A stretch of DNA of 64,000 nt, taken from positions 384,001-448,000 of the forward strand of contig CAVSPA010000004.1 of the NCBI GenBank assembly GCA_963729715.1. Reading direction: 5' to 3'. Both the position numbers and the translations under genes were made by a program. Under the pieces are notes generated by a model, which made no database searches, was not told where the DNA came from, and saw only the letters and a program-made list of their open reading frames with translations. Positions 20,716 to 30,722 of this stretch are shown here, piece by piece. Position 1 is the stretch's first letter. Every line of letters begins with the position of its first letter. The stretch comes from an uncultured delta proteobacterium (GTDB lineage Bacteria > Desulfobacterota > Syntrophia > Syntrophales > UBA2185).

Positions 20716-22230
20716 CTATGAATAGAACTTGTCATAAGCAGCTGCTATGGCATGTGCCGGTGGACTCTTCTTATAATCCGCGACAGCCGTCGCATCGTTC
20801 TGCTCGGCGATGGCCTGCTTAATCGCGTTGAAATCAATATCGACTCCCGTGAAATTTGTTACGGCAATGAAGATTTTGCGGGCTGTATCCTTGTCGATCC
20901 ACTCCTGGTTCTCGGCAGTCATGAGTGCCGTGGCAACAGACTGTACCAGGGTTCCGAGTTTGCCGACGTCCTTTGTCTCCATTTGAGGCGTCAGGATGGA
21001 GTAATTATCTGCGTCTTCATTAGACACGTTGATATATCGGGTCAGCCGGGATTGTCTGATCTGATATTTGAACATGTCTTCGAGTATGTACTTCACCTCG
21101 AGCTGCTTCGTGCCGAGCATCTTTAGCGCCGGCGCTGCCATTTCCTCCGCCGTGGCGCGGTTCACGTCTCCACCGCCGCCATACCAGTGCTCCGGATATC
21201 CAAAACGTCCCATGATGTGGTTACGGAAGATCCTGGCGCCCGTCTCCGCATCTATTGCCTGCAGTTTTGGGCTTTCTGCCGTGAGTGTGACTTTTTCATT
21301 GTGTCCGAACACCGATCCAGATTTTTTCGTGAACGCTTCGAGGTGTTTTTTAATCTCCTTCTCGTCTGCGCCCTGTACCTGGAGGTCCCAGATGAAACTA
21401 TTGAGGAGCGGCCACATGTCCGCATAATCAAAAAGGTACTGTTCATAGGCGTCAAGCCAGTCGGCTACGAACAGAAGGGATGATCTCCCTCGAGGAGAAT
21501 TTGATACGTTGTTAATGGACCAATAGAAACAATCGCCGTCTGTGAACTGGTCTCGGAGTTGCTTTGCTACTGGAGAAAGGACATAGTCGGCTTCTTCGGG
21601 AAGGATCGTCCGGTAATTTTTTGCCTCCGTCGAGACGTTGAATCCTGCTATCTCTCCGATCCATCCCTTTGTCTGCACGCCGATGGGAACTTTTACGTTC
21701 TCCGGGTCCGTCATCACACCCTTGATCTGCGCGGGATCTATATAACCGAGCCGTACTCTCCCGGTCTGTGCCGCCACAAATGTGGGGAAACACAACTCGC
21801 CGAATGTGTGGAGCTCGCCCACGTGTTTCGGGAAATAAAGAGGCAACCTGTTTATCGGGTCATTCCAGAAACCATCGAGCACCGTCTTAATGTCGGGATT
21901 TTTCGCCTCGTAAGGGAGCCCCTCGGCGAGAATAAAAGCCGTGGTGATATCGATAAGCCATCCGGCAAGCGGATTCGTCTCCCGCAGCCAGTAGGCGATC
22001 TCGATCATGCGGTCCTGGAGGACAGGCACGAGATCTCGATTCGGAGTCGTGGTAAGACGCCGCCAGACGGTACCGTCCGGATCGGCGACCGGTGCCATCA
22101 GGGTATCTGAGTAAGAGGCTGCTTTGATCTCCGCGACCTGCTTGTCTACTGCGGCCTGCATCTTCTGGTCGACTCTGCGTTGGATCTCGCCGCTGAACAT
22201 CTTCTCGCGCAGTTTAGTTAAAATGCTCAT
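20716..22230 (-). CDS. Putative phage portal protein
   Basis: 504 aa; TNPLAGWLID, FWNDPINR, FGELCF, RLGYIDPAQI, RGRSSL..WLDAY, GGGGDVNRATA resemble portal families; next to the capsid gene. Confidence 0.72.
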   Translation of the reverse strand: MSILTKLREKMFSGEIQRRVDQKMQAAVDKQVAEIKAASYSDTLMAPVADPDGTVWRRLTTTPNRDLVPVLQDRMIEIAYWLRETNPLAGWLIDITTAFILAEGLPYEAKNPDIKTVLDGFWNDPINRLPLYFPKHVGELHTFGELCFPTFVAAQTGRVRLGYIDPAQIKGVMTDPENVKVPIGVQTKGWIGEIAGFNVSTEAKNYRTILPEEADYVLSPVAKQLRDQFTDGDCFYWSINNVSNSPRGRSSLLFVADWLDAYEQYLFDYADMWPLLNSFIWDLQVQGADEKEIKKHLEAFTKKSGSVFGHNEKVTLTAESPKLQAIDAETGARIFRNHIMGRFGYPEHWYGGGGDVNRATAEEMAAPALKMLGTKQLEVKYILEDMFKYQIRQSRLTRYINVSNEDADNYSILTPQMETKDVGKLGTLVQSVATALMTAENQEWIDKDTARKIFIAVTNFTGVDIDFNAIKQAIAEQNDATAVADYKKSPPAHAIAAAYDKFYS

Positions 22231-22310
22231 GCCATCCTCCCATTTTTTTTCTTAAGGTCATCGCATAAAATACTGTTCATCATTCAACGAATCCTATTGC
22301 ATAGATATTA

Positions 22311-23474
22311 TCAGGGAACGATGGCCTTATAACCGCCATTAGGATCGATGATGCTGCCTCCATAAGTGTGAATGCATTTGTATGCATAATAATCCGCCTT
22401 CCAAGCAAGATCGCTCTCGGTCGAGTAGATAAACACGGGCTCCTCATTGCCGTCCAAATATGACATTTCGATAATGGGAACCTCGTGCGGATCACGCAAA
22501 ACCCCCCAGTCATTTGGGTCAGTCATGAATGGACATGTGATGATTCTTTCGTTATTTTCGCCAAAAAGTTCACAGCAGGGATTTGTAACCTTGGTCGTAA
22601 GATCATTGCCCGTGAAAGTATATTCATTCTGATTCACCTTCACGGCGGTATCCCACATATTCGCTGGGACAACTAGAGACCAATTCAACGATGCGAGGTC
22701 GAACTCGATCTTCTCGCCTGAGCCCGGCTCCGTCATGCCTGCAAGAGCAGTAATTGCTGCCGTGAGAGGCGCTATATCGAGTGCAGTACTCCCAAGATTT
22801 CCGTGAGGGCTGGTGAACCATGCGTTGCCATCCATGCAGCTGCTATTGCCTATGAAGAAATTCCATACAAATTTGGCATGAGTTCTGCGGGCTGCGCGGC
22901 CGATTTTATCCAGCATCTGCTTTATTATTCCGATGTGGTCATTCACAAAGACCCTTCGGGATATCATAAGCAGCCCGCCGCGCTGTTTGCTATCGTACTG
23001 CACCTCTGTATCTTTGACGATATTTAATTGAGGCCAATCAGTCGTTTCTGGATCCACGATATCAAGGTCATTAAAATAATCATACTGAACAGCGTGGACG
23101 GTGCGGAAGTCCTTGACCGGCCTTTTTAGAGATATCAAAGCTTCCTCTCGATATGTGAATTGTCTATAGACATTTGAAAGATATAACGACAACACATCCT
23201 GGAGAGCATACGTAAAAGTAGCCGTATTGAAACTTGCTCTCAGAGTTACCGGCAAATTGTCAGGGAAAAAGAGGCCCATAAATTTGTTGTCTCCGGTAAA
23301 ATGCAGATAAGCCTCTCTGATTCCCCGGAATGCGGGCACTCCCTTGCTGTCATAATTGGGCAAAAAGAGTTTGGCGAACGCTGCCCGGCTCTTATCCACT
23401 TCATTCTCTCCCACCTCGATCATATTTCCAGTTATCGATCGTTCAATGTCCTTTAATAATTTTAATCTGTTCAT
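22311..23474 (-). CDS. Putative HK97-fold major capsid protein (Mu gpT-like)
   Basis: VKDFRT, GGLLMISRRVFVND, IGRAARRT..FVW, DGNAWFTSPHGN, LVVP, YLDGNEEP capsid-type motifs. Confidence 0.8.
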   Translation of the reverse strand: MNRLKLLKDIERSITGNMIEVGENEVDKSRAAFAKLFLPNYDSKGVPAFRGIREAYLHFTGDNKFMGLFFPDNLPVTLRASFNTATFTYALQDVLSLYLSNVYRQFTYREEALISLKRPVKDFRTVHAVQYDYFNDLDIVDPETTDWPQLNIVKDTEVQYDSKQRGGLLMISRRVFVNDHIGIIKQMLDKIGRAARRTHAKFVWNFFIGNSSCMDGNAWFTSPHGNLGSTALDIAPLTAAITALAGMTEPGSGEKIEFDLASLNWSLVVPANMWDTAVKVNQNEYTFTGNDLTTKVTNPCCELFGENNERIITCPFMTDPNDWGVLRDPHEVPIIEMSYLDGNEEPVFIYSTESDLAWKADYYAYKCIHTYGGSIIDPNGGYKAIVP

Positions 23475-23640
23475 CGCTCTCGCTCCTTTTTTATTTTTTT
23501 ATTCGACTATTGTGAAGGAATGCTGCGTTGCCCATGTCCCTTACCTTCCGATCTGTCGCCTGTGTAATTCATCCAGTTTGTTGGATATTTTTTTTGTGAA
23601 GTCATTCATCGTCCGCGCATCTCCGATTACGTTGCCCATC

Positions 23641-26043
23641 TCAGTGGCCCCACTGTTCAAGTTTCTTCGTATATGGATAAATTAGGGTCGCAATATCTTT
23701 TGCGGCCTGTTTTTCCTGAATGACCGTTCCGTGATAGTGGATGTGGATAGCCGATCCACTGCCCTTGTCATAGGCTGCCGTCTGCGCCCTATTAAGCACA
23801 CGTTCACCGCTCTGCAAAATTGCCGGGAACTCATCCGGCGCGAGTCCGGAATGCAGCCGAGGAGCGCCTGCGAAGGCCACGGATGGCATCATCCGCGTGG
23901 GTGCATAGTCCGAGCCGACGACGCCGCCAGAATGAAAGAGAGAGCTAACCGCATCCCAGGCGGAACTGACAGCATTCGTCACTCCACCTACGACAGTGCT
24001 TCCGGCGCTCTTCAGGAAATCCATGCCGTGACCGCCCGTTAGTGAATCAGCGAGTAGCAGCGCCTGCGAAACACCCGTGGGATCAGGATCCTCTCCTAGT
24101 GCAGACAGTTCTCCCACGTCCCACATTGCCTGAATGTCTCCGGTGTCGGCCAGTTGAGTCAGCGACTCAAGACTTGCATCTGCGTTGGGGCCGCTACTCC
24201 CAAAGAGACCGCTTAGACTCCCCAGAAGTCCGGATCCCGTCAGTCCCATGTTACCGGCCTGACTCGCGGTCGACCCGCCACTGCCTCCCATGCCCGGCAG
24301 ACTTATGCCCATCATTTCTGCGGCCTGGAATGTGGCCCACTGCACCGCCATCTGAGCAACGACATCGGTAAACTTCTTCAGCATCGCATCGGTGAACGTG
24401 GTCCAGTAAGTGCTGAAACCCTGCAACTGGCCTTTCCATCCATCGAAAAGGACCGTGCTCAAGGTACTTGAGGCGTTCGACGAGAACGCCGTGACACCAT
24501 CGGTCATGGCCTTTCCGGTTGTCATCCAGCTCGCCTGCATTTGATAAAGCCCCTGACGCCAACCGCCGACGAAAGTGTCATTGTATTCCTGGATCATGTC
24601 CTTGAGCCGGTTAATTTCGTCGTCCTCGACGATCTTTCCCGTGAGCATCTCGTATTGTGCGATATCGTCAATGGCAGCCGTCTGCGCCGCGAACTTCTGG
24701 TCCTGGACGTCCATATAATTCTGAGCGTTCTTCACAGCCATGTCCTGGAGCCACTCATAATGAGTCAATGCGAGTTGTTGCTGCTTCGCGTAATAGTCTG
24801 CAGTGGCCAGGTTCTTTTGTCTCTCAAGGTCATTCTTCTTAGCGGCGACGTCTGCGTCCAGAGCCTCAATCTTCGCGGCCACCACTGTGGCATCGGAGAC
24901 TTTCTGTCGGTCCATGTCTGTCCTGGCCGCCGCCTCTTTACTGAACATGTCGACCTGATCATCATAGTACTCATCGAGGAGCGCCTCTCTTTCCGAGATG
25001 CTCTCCACTGCGATCGCATAGGTGCTCTGCTGATAGACTTGCGACAAAGCGGCGTTGTATTTGATCCTCGACTCTTCGTCATCGAAATAAGCCTTATTGG
25101 TTGCCTTGAGAGATTCGATGGCGAGTTTCTGGGCCTCGACCGCGCCGAGTCGCGCCAGGGCGTCGGCGGTCAATGCCTTGGCCAGGGTCGTCGCTTCAGT
25201 GATATTCCAGAGTTTCTGAGCTTCAGCAGTAAGTCTAATTTGTTCATTGAAGTTCTCCGTCGTTTTTGTCGCATCGTTGAGATCCTCACCAACCACCATC
25301 AGGTTGGCTATAAAGTCTACAAGGCACATACCGGCTGTTTCCTTCAGCTCAGTGAGTCGGGCCTTGAAGCCCTGCACCTTCTCGGCCATGTTCTCAGTTT
25401 CCACCCCAAATTGCGCACTCTGCGTCGCCGCATTGGCCATCACTATGTCATAGAGATTGATGTCGGTTATGCCAGCCGACAGCGCCTGCTGGACGATCAT
25501 CATCTGATCTTTCGTGACGAGGCCATATTGCCTGAGCGACCGTGGCATCTGCGTGGAGAGGGCATCGGTGATTGTTTCATAGGCAGTCTGAACGTCTTGC
25601 CCCGTCACACGGGCCGAGACTCTCGCAGTCTCCATGATGTCTGTCAGTTGGTCCGCCGAGAATCCAAGTACCATTCCCTTGACGGCTTTCTGCATTATCG
25701 ATGTTTCATCAACAGTTCCAGCTGAGGCACGCTTCATGGAGCTGAGGAGCTGGTCAGCACTTACGTTTGCAGACTCCGCCACGATGCCGAAGGAATCTGC
25801 TGCCTGGAGCGCCTTTGCGCCCATCTCCGACCACTGAATGGTCTTTTCCATAGTGACCCAGGCGGCGGCGACCCCGGCAGTCATCTGGACCCACTTGTTA
25901 CTGAAGAAACTCATCGAGTCAGACGAAGATGCGGCCGACTGGCTCACCTGCCCCATCGACTGCTTCACATTATCGACAAACTGCTGGACGACAGCAGTGC
26001 CTTTATCGTCGACGGAGATTTCGATTTTCAGTTGACTGGCCAT
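23641..26043 (-). CDS. Putative tail tape measure protein
   Basis: 800 aa, Ala/Gln-rich helical; N-terminal LKIEISVDDKGT; C-terminal FHSGGVVG..APRLHSGLAPDEFPAILQSGERVL. Confidence 0.8.
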   Translation of the reverse strand: MASQLKIEISVDDKGTAVVQQFVDNVKQSMGQVSQSAASSSDSMSFFSNKWVQMTAGVAAAWVTMEKTIQWSEMGAKALQAADSFGIVAESANVSADQLLSSMKRASAGTVDETSIMQKAVKGMVLGFSADQLTDIMETARVSARVTGQDVQTAYETITDALSTQMPRSLRQYGLVTKDQMMIVQQALSAGITDINLYDIVMANAATQSAQFGVETENMAEKVQGFKARLTELKETAGMCLVDFIANLMVVGEDLNDATKTTENFNEQIRLTAEAQKLWNITEATTLAKALTADALARLGAVEAQKLAIESLKATNKAYFDDEESRIKYNAALSQVYQQSTYAIAVESISEREALLDEYYDDQVDMFSKEAAARTDMDRQKVSDATVVAAKIEALDADVAAKKNDLERQKNLATADYYAKQQQLALTHYEWLQDMAVKNAQNYMDVQDQKFAAQTAAIDDIAQYEMLTGKIVEDDEINRLKDMIQEYNDTFVGGWRQGLYQMQASWMTTGKAMTDGVTAFSSNASSTLSTVLFDGWKGQLQGFSTYWTTFTDAMLKKFTDVVAQMAVQWATFQAAEMMGISLPGMGGSGGSTASQAGNMGLTGSGLLGSLSGLFGSSGPNADASLESLTQLADTGDIQAMWDVGELSALGEDPDPTGVSQALLLADSLTGGHGMDFLKSAGSTVVGGVTNAVSSAWDAVSSLFHSGGVVGSDYAPTRMMPSVAFAGAPRLHSGLAPDEFPAILQSGERVLNRAQTAAYDKGSGSAIHIHYHGTVIQEKQAAKDIATLIYPYTKKLEQWGH

Positions 26044-26073
26044 GATTCTATTCCTCTACAGTAATAAGATTTT

Positions 26074-26334
26074 TTAATGCAGTGTCATACTTTCATTTCG
26101 AACCGCGCCGGTCGCCTCATGCGGCTTCCGACGACTCTCCCGCCTTTGATGTATCTGCTTGCCAATGGCAACAAGAGCATCCTGCAGGCTGAAAGACCCG
26201 CTTTTGATTAGAAGCATTAAGGTGATTTCAAATTCACGCTGCGACATGACCTGCGCAGCCTTTTTGCAATATTTGGTGACAACAACAGTTCCTTTATCGT
26301 CGATGGTTGCTCTTATTTTTATTTTTCCGAACAT
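26074..26334 (-). CDS. Small hypothetical protein with TMP-like N-terminus
   Basis: KIKIRATIDDKGTVVV resembles the TMP start QLKIEISVDDKGTAVV. Confidence 0.6.
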   Translation of the reverse strand: MFGKIKIRATIDDKGTVVVTKYCKKAAQVMSQREFEITLMLLIKSGSFSLQDALVAIGKQIHQRRESRRKPHEATGAVRNESMTLH

Positions 26335-26371
26335 GTCGCTTCACTCGTCCCGGATCGCAGTCTTTAATATT

Positions 26372-26404
26372 AAAAAAGGGGCCGCGCCGATCTGCACAAC
26401 CCCC
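26372..26404 (-). terminator. Intrinsic terminator between early and structural genes
   Basis: Minus strand GGGGTTGTGC-AGATCG-GCGCGGCCCC-TTTTTT. Confidence 0.7.
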
Positions 26405-26494
26405 TCATGGTTGCCCTCATTATGTTTGCCCTGGCAGGGCGGTGAGGGTATCCGCCTTTTCGGTAGCTGGCCTAGCCAGGACGCCCTTTATCCT

Positions 26495-26974
26495 TCAACC
26501 CGCAGCTGATGCTGCGGTGGAAGTCTTCTCCTTCTTCCCGGTGATCTCCTTTGCCAAAGCTTCAAACCGGTTTGTTAAGTCGATGATAGGCATCGCCATA
26601 TTGTGCCTGAGTTCCAAAAGCTCCTGCAGCTTCGCATTGATAACGAGCAGGTCCTCTGGCCGCTTGTGCGGACTGAGAAATTTATACGTGTCTTCGTATT
26701 CGTCCACGATGAAACTTGTAATTGCTTCACGATCATTAATATCAAAAAAAGGCATGCACATTATCTCGATTGCTTGCGCGTAATCCTGGATTATATAACC
26801 CAGTTCCTCGCCGAAACGTGCCAGGCCTTCACCTGCGTCGTTGCCCCTTCCGGCCTTGCAACAGAGTGTCACGAGCGTATCTCCAAGGGCATTCAATTTT
26901 CTCGCATAATGTGTAACGTCCTCAACGGCACCTTCGTCGCTTCTAAACGGCTGTCTTTTTTCTTCCCTCTCCAT
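26495..26974 (-). CDS. Hypothetical protein
   Basis: 159-aa ORF with GGAGG RBS, in the early operon. Confidence 0.7.
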   Translation of the reverse strand: MEREEKRQPFRSDEGAVEDVTHYARKLNALGDTLVTLCCKAGRGNDAGEGLARFGEELGYIIQDYAQAIEIMCMPFFDINDREAITSFIVDEYEDTYKFLSPHKRPEDLLVINAKLQELLELRHNMAMPIIDLTNRFEALAKEITGKKEKTSTAASAAG

Positions 26975-26986
26975 AACGCACCTCCC

Positions 26987-27466
26987 TCATGATTTCTGGT
27001 GGCCCTCCTCAACGGCCCTGCCTATTGATTCTTTGATCACCATGTGTTTCAAGGCTAAAATTATTTTGATCCCCTCTTCTTTAGTTCCCGGTTTCACCTT
27101 GCCGATGATTTTTTTCGAGAAGCCCATAAGCCTTTTCGGATTGTCCTGCCAGCCGAGTTTTTCCTCCATATATCTGATAAAATTCGTCTGCTCCGGCGTT
27201 ATAATTTCGAGTACATTCTTCGGGAGATCCCGCGCCGGTTTCCTCACCTTTTTGATCTTTGCCCCTGCCTCAGCGAACTTCTTAACCACTTCGTGAACGT
27301 CGTCCAGCATGAGCTCCTTGATCGAATCCTTTCCAGTACACCCCTTCACCATTTCATGAAGTCCGTCATCATCCAGGCCCAGCTGCCGGGCTAAGGCCCA
27401 GATCATTCTGATCTGCTTCTCTGAAATCACGGCAATCCCTCTCTTGCCTGCCGACATTTCCCTCAT
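26987..27466 (-). CDS. GemA / Mu gp16 (DUF1018) family protein
   Basis: QIRMIWALARQLGLDDD..GKDSIKEL..LGWQDNPKRLMGF..IILALK; typical of transposable phages. Confidence 0.8.
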   Translation of the reverse strand: MREMSAGKRGIAVISEKQIRMIWALARQLGLDDDGLHEMVKGCTGKDSIKELMLDDVHEVVKKFAEAGAKIKKVRKPARDLPKNVLEIITPEQTNFIRYMEEKLGWQDNPKRLMGFSKKIIGKVKPGTKEEGIKIILALKHMVIKESIGRAVEEGHQKS

Positions 27467-27795
27467 TCACCTCCCTCCGCCTTTAATATCTTTAGAAGCC
27501 GCACATAGAAGGCATCACACGCCTTCCGCAGTTTCTTCTCATCAATCGGCTGTATGCGCTTGATGAACCGTGGTCGCACATTCCTACCTGTCTGGCCTAT
27601 TCTGTGAGTAGAACTTCTTTTGAGGCCGGTTAGCCGTGCCAGGACATCGCAACCAACTCCCCTCTGGGCAAGAATGTGGATCAAAGCGTCGCGTTCCGCC
27701 CGATAAGGATTGTCCTTTTTGAGGGTCTCTAATTGCCGTGGCGTCAGTTCATTTAAGAGCTTCTTATACTCTGATGGATATCTTTTCCCGCCCAT
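27463..27795 (-). CDS. HTH protein, possibly Mor/C-like activator
   Basis: RDALIHILAQRG...LARLTGLKRSSTHRI resembles the Mor C-terminal HTH. Confidence 0.45.
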   Translation of the reverse strand: MGGKRYPSEYKKLLNELTPRQLETLKKDNPYRAERDALIHILAQRGVGCDVLARLTGLKRSSTHRIGQTGRNVRPRFIKRIQPIDEKKLRKACDAFYVRLLKILKAEGGE

Positions 27796-27818
27796 GCCAA
27801 AGCCACCTCTTAAAGCAT

Positions 27819-28784
27819 CTACATCTGGTTGATCTCGCGCAGCAGTTCGAGCGTGACCTGTCTATTTTCGGCCACGGCGACCCGAAGCGTTTTTTTCAAG
27901 AGTTTGACCATTGAACGGAGCCGACCCACGCTATTAGCCTTGTACAGCAAGAATTCGAGAGCCTTCCGCTCAATCCCTCCGGGAATGATACTATCAACCA
28001 ACATGGAAACGTCCGTTGTCGTAACATCACGCTTGATATGGCATCTGACGCCGATCCTGGAGAGAATCTGGTCAAATAAAACAGCTCTGCGGCCGCCCCG
28101 CATCTGTTGATACAAACTTTCCTGACCCATCAATACAACTCCAATCCCTGTAGCATCATATATTCGTCTCACCGCCTCAATGCTTTCCCAAGAAAGAAAA
28201 TGTGCTTCATCGAGAATCAAAAGTCGGCGGCTGCCGGATAAGCGGTCAATGATGCGCTGCATGAAGACATGGCTCGTCGCGTCATACCGAGAGACGCCGG
28301 GTAGCCCCTGAGAAATCAACAGCAGTGTGGACCCGGGCGCTCGCGTCGTTATATCTGCAGTCCTGAGAAGCGTATCCGGATGGTTTCTCTTGTAATGCCG
28401 CCCTACCTCTGTTTTCCCGCTTCCTGCCGGTGCGACGACAACCCCCATATCGCCGTCTTCATGACAGCATTTCAGGACACCCAATATCTGCTTCGCGGTG
28501 TCGGTGAGGCAGAAGCCAGAGGATACAAAAGCAACTCCATTGCGTTCTTCGCGGTCGAGAAACATTGCGACGGATCTTTCTAATCCGGTGTAATCGTACC
28601 CAGCCTCCCCTTTACGATATGCCTCCAGCAGTGTCGGCGAGATAGAATTTTTAGCGGCAAAACCCTGCCCCGTCATGTCAGTATAGTCCACGTATTTCTG
28701 AATGCGTTCCTGTAAAGTCGGAGCACTCATGCTTTGCACGGTCTCTTTAGTCTTCCTTGAAATTTGTTTCAGAGTTGCCTGCAT
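27819..28784 (-). CDS. MuB-like AAA+ transposition ATPase
   Basis: Walker A APAGSGKT, Walker B LLILDEAH, QILSRIG; follows the transposase. Confidence 0.9.
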   Translation of the reverse strand: MQATLKQISRKTKETVQSMSAPTLQERIQKYVDYTDMTGQGFAAKNSISPTLLEAYRKGEAGYDYTGLERSVAMFLDREERNGVAFVSSGFCLTDTAKQILGVLKCCHEDGDMGVVVAPAGSGKTEVGRHYKRNHPDTLLRTADITTRAPGSTLLLISQGLPGVSRYDATSHVFMQRIIDRLSGSRRLLILDEAHFLSWESIEAVRRIYDATGIGVVLMGQESLYQQMRGGRRAVLFDQILSRIGVRCHIKRDVTTTDVSMLVDSIIPGGIERKALEFLLYKANSVGRLRSMVKLLKKTLRVAVAENRQVTLELLREINQM

Positions 28785-28793
28785 GTTCTCCCC

Positions 28794-30722
28794 CTAAAAA
28801 TCCTCAGGATCATCGTTATATTGTAAAGTCCTCACAGAGCCCATCGCCATTGAACTGGCGCGAAGGTAGCGGTCTAAAATATCCGGCCGCGAGGTAGCAT
28901 TTGCAGTATTTTCCTCAGCCTTATCCGCCTCAAGTGCTTTTGCGGAATCCCGGGCGAGCTTCTCTTTTTTGTGAAATTGTTTGACGTTTGAATCAGCCGG
29001 TTGAATATCGCGCTGGCGAACTTTTTCCTGGTCTTCGATTTGCATCGCCAGCAGCAGCGGATCATCGATGACATCTTCTGCCTCAATAATTTGCTTGCGA
29101 AAATTTTTGATCTTCCTGCGTATCCTGGCAGCGTCCTTAACACTTTGGAGGGTAATTTCTGATCGGTAGTGTGATGGCGTTTCGAGCTTCGCGGCGCAGA
29201 AAACGGCTCCCTTGTAAATGATGGCAGCTCTCGTGATATCGCGTGGATCCCGCCGCACTTCTACCCGCTCTCCTGACAATTTGAAGAGATTGTCGTCCCG
29301 ATACAGGAGGCCCTTTATGGCCACTGACGAATCACGGACGGTCGCCGCATTGACGTCCATCAAGAGAAAATCGAGCAAGTGCTGCGAGGGGATCACTGCC
29401 TGATGATTTTCCCAGAATGAAACAGGAGGTCGCCCGGTTGTGCAATGGGGCAGAGAATTTCTCTCTATTATAAGTTCGTCGACTTTTTTTGAGATTTCTT
29501 CAAAGGTCAGAAGCTTACCGGATTTGATTTCATGATGCAGTTTTTTGGGCCTTGTTTTTATGCTGTGGCCGCGATATCCCGGCCAATCCTTCATCCGGTC
29601 CGTAAACCAGCCAAAATTCGACTCGATCAATTTTTCTCTCGCATTGTAGGGGGCAGCAAAGAATGTTTCAATTCCCAGTTCGACGAGGACGCCGGCAACA
29701 TGATGCGCTCTGTAGTCTCTGCCCAAGTCGATGTAAAATGTCTTGCACGGACCACATTGACTTATCGCATATATGACGGCCTGACCTATGACCAAGGCAT
29801 TCGGCGTCGCTACAAGGATCCACCCAACAAATTTACGGCTCTTCGCCTCCAGAATCGCTACGAGCCAGGGGAACACTGCTTTGCCGCGATAAAGGCAGCA
29901 CACGTCCATCTGTTTACTGTCTCCTACCCAGACCTCATTTAATGAGCATTCATCCCAGTCTCTACGGATGTATGGCGAATATAAACGATCCCACTCCTGC
30001 TTATTACGAACCAAAAGTTGCTGCGCATCTGTCCATTTGCGATCTATATAATCTGCCACTGTACGATAACTCGGGCATCGATATTTGCCATCAAAAGCTT
30101 TGCGAAGGTCCCCGTGGACCTTCCTTACTGGTGGCCCGAGGGGCTGCAAATAGGCATTCTCGATAAATGCTGCCATCTCTCTATTGATGACAGGCTGCTT
30201 CTCTCCATTCCGCCAAGCCGGAACCAGCGCAGGATAACCGCCGCTCTGATAGCCAGTCACGTATCTATCAAGGCTTTTATGACCAATGTTGTGAGACTTC
30301 GCGAATCTCCTTTTTACTTCTGTCAATTTTCTTCCCGGCACATCAGCTCGTATCTTCAACCACTCTCTGGCGAGCGCCATTCGTTTATCAGCTTCTTCGC
30401 GCTGCCAGGGTTTGAGATCAACGTATGTCGCTTTTCTTTCATCGTTTTTTTTAACCGGTGCACCACCTGGATCTGGCTTTGACATGTCTGTTCTTTTTTC
30501 AATGATGGCCATCCGTGCCTCTGCGGGGAGAGACTCAATACCGTATTCCCGCCCACCGCCCTTCCCTTCTCGTTTCCGTGACTGCCAACGTTCCTTCTTT
30601 GCCTTTCTGAGGATAGCACTCTCGGTTGATGGTACACCCGGCAACTCTATCCCTGCCAACTCACGGGCCGTGAAGAAATTCTTCTTCTCTGCAGCATCAA
30701 CTCCGATCTGGTTCATCGGCAA
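28794..30722 (-). CDS. MuA-like DDE transposase
   Basis: N-terminal Mu wHTH (FTARELAG..LPG..GKGGGREY); catalytic VWVGDS, FYIDLGRDY, KLIESNF; Mu C-terminal domain (VEVRRDPRDI). Confidence 0.93.
   Translation of the reverse strand: MPMNQIGVDAAEKKNFFTARELAGIELPGVPSTESAILRKAKKERWQSRKREGKGGGREYGIESLPAEARMAIIEKRTDMSKPDPGGAPVKKNDERKATYVDLKPWQREEADKRMALAREWLKIRADVPGRKLTEVKRRFAKSHNIGHKSLDRYVTGYQSGGYPALVPAWRNGEKQPVINREMAAFIENAYLQPLGPPVRKVHGDLRKAFDGKYRCPSYRTVADYIDRKWTDAQQLLVRNKQEWDRLYSPYIRRDWDECSLNEVWVGDSKQMDVCCLYRGKAVFPWLVAILEAKSRKFVGWILVATPNALVIGQAVIYAISQCGPCKTFYIDLGRDYRAHHVAGVLVELGIETFFAAPYNAREKLIESNFGWFTDRMKDWPGYRGHSIKTRPKKLHHEIKSGKLLTFEEISKKVDELIIERNSLPHCTTGRPPVSFWENHQAVIPSQHLLDFLLMDVNAATVRDSSVAIKGLLYRDDNLFKLSGERVEVRRDPRDITRAAIIYKGAVFCAAKLETPSHYRSEITLQSVKDAARIRRKIKNFRKQIIEAEDVIDDPLLLAMQIEDQEKVRQRDIQPADSNVKQFHKKEKLARDSAKALEADKAEENTANATSRPDILDRYLRASSMAMGSVRTLQYNDDPEDF

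Noticed and set aside
24541..25725. 394-aa + strand ORF inside the element
   Set aside because: Antisense shadow of the TMP gene; no motifs, typical complementary-frame composition.
27819..30722. Tn7-like or CRISPR-associated transposon reading (TnsB/TnsC)
   Set aside because: No TniQ/TnsD, TnsA or Cas; ner, GemA and the MuA N-terminal wHTH indicate the Mu lineage.
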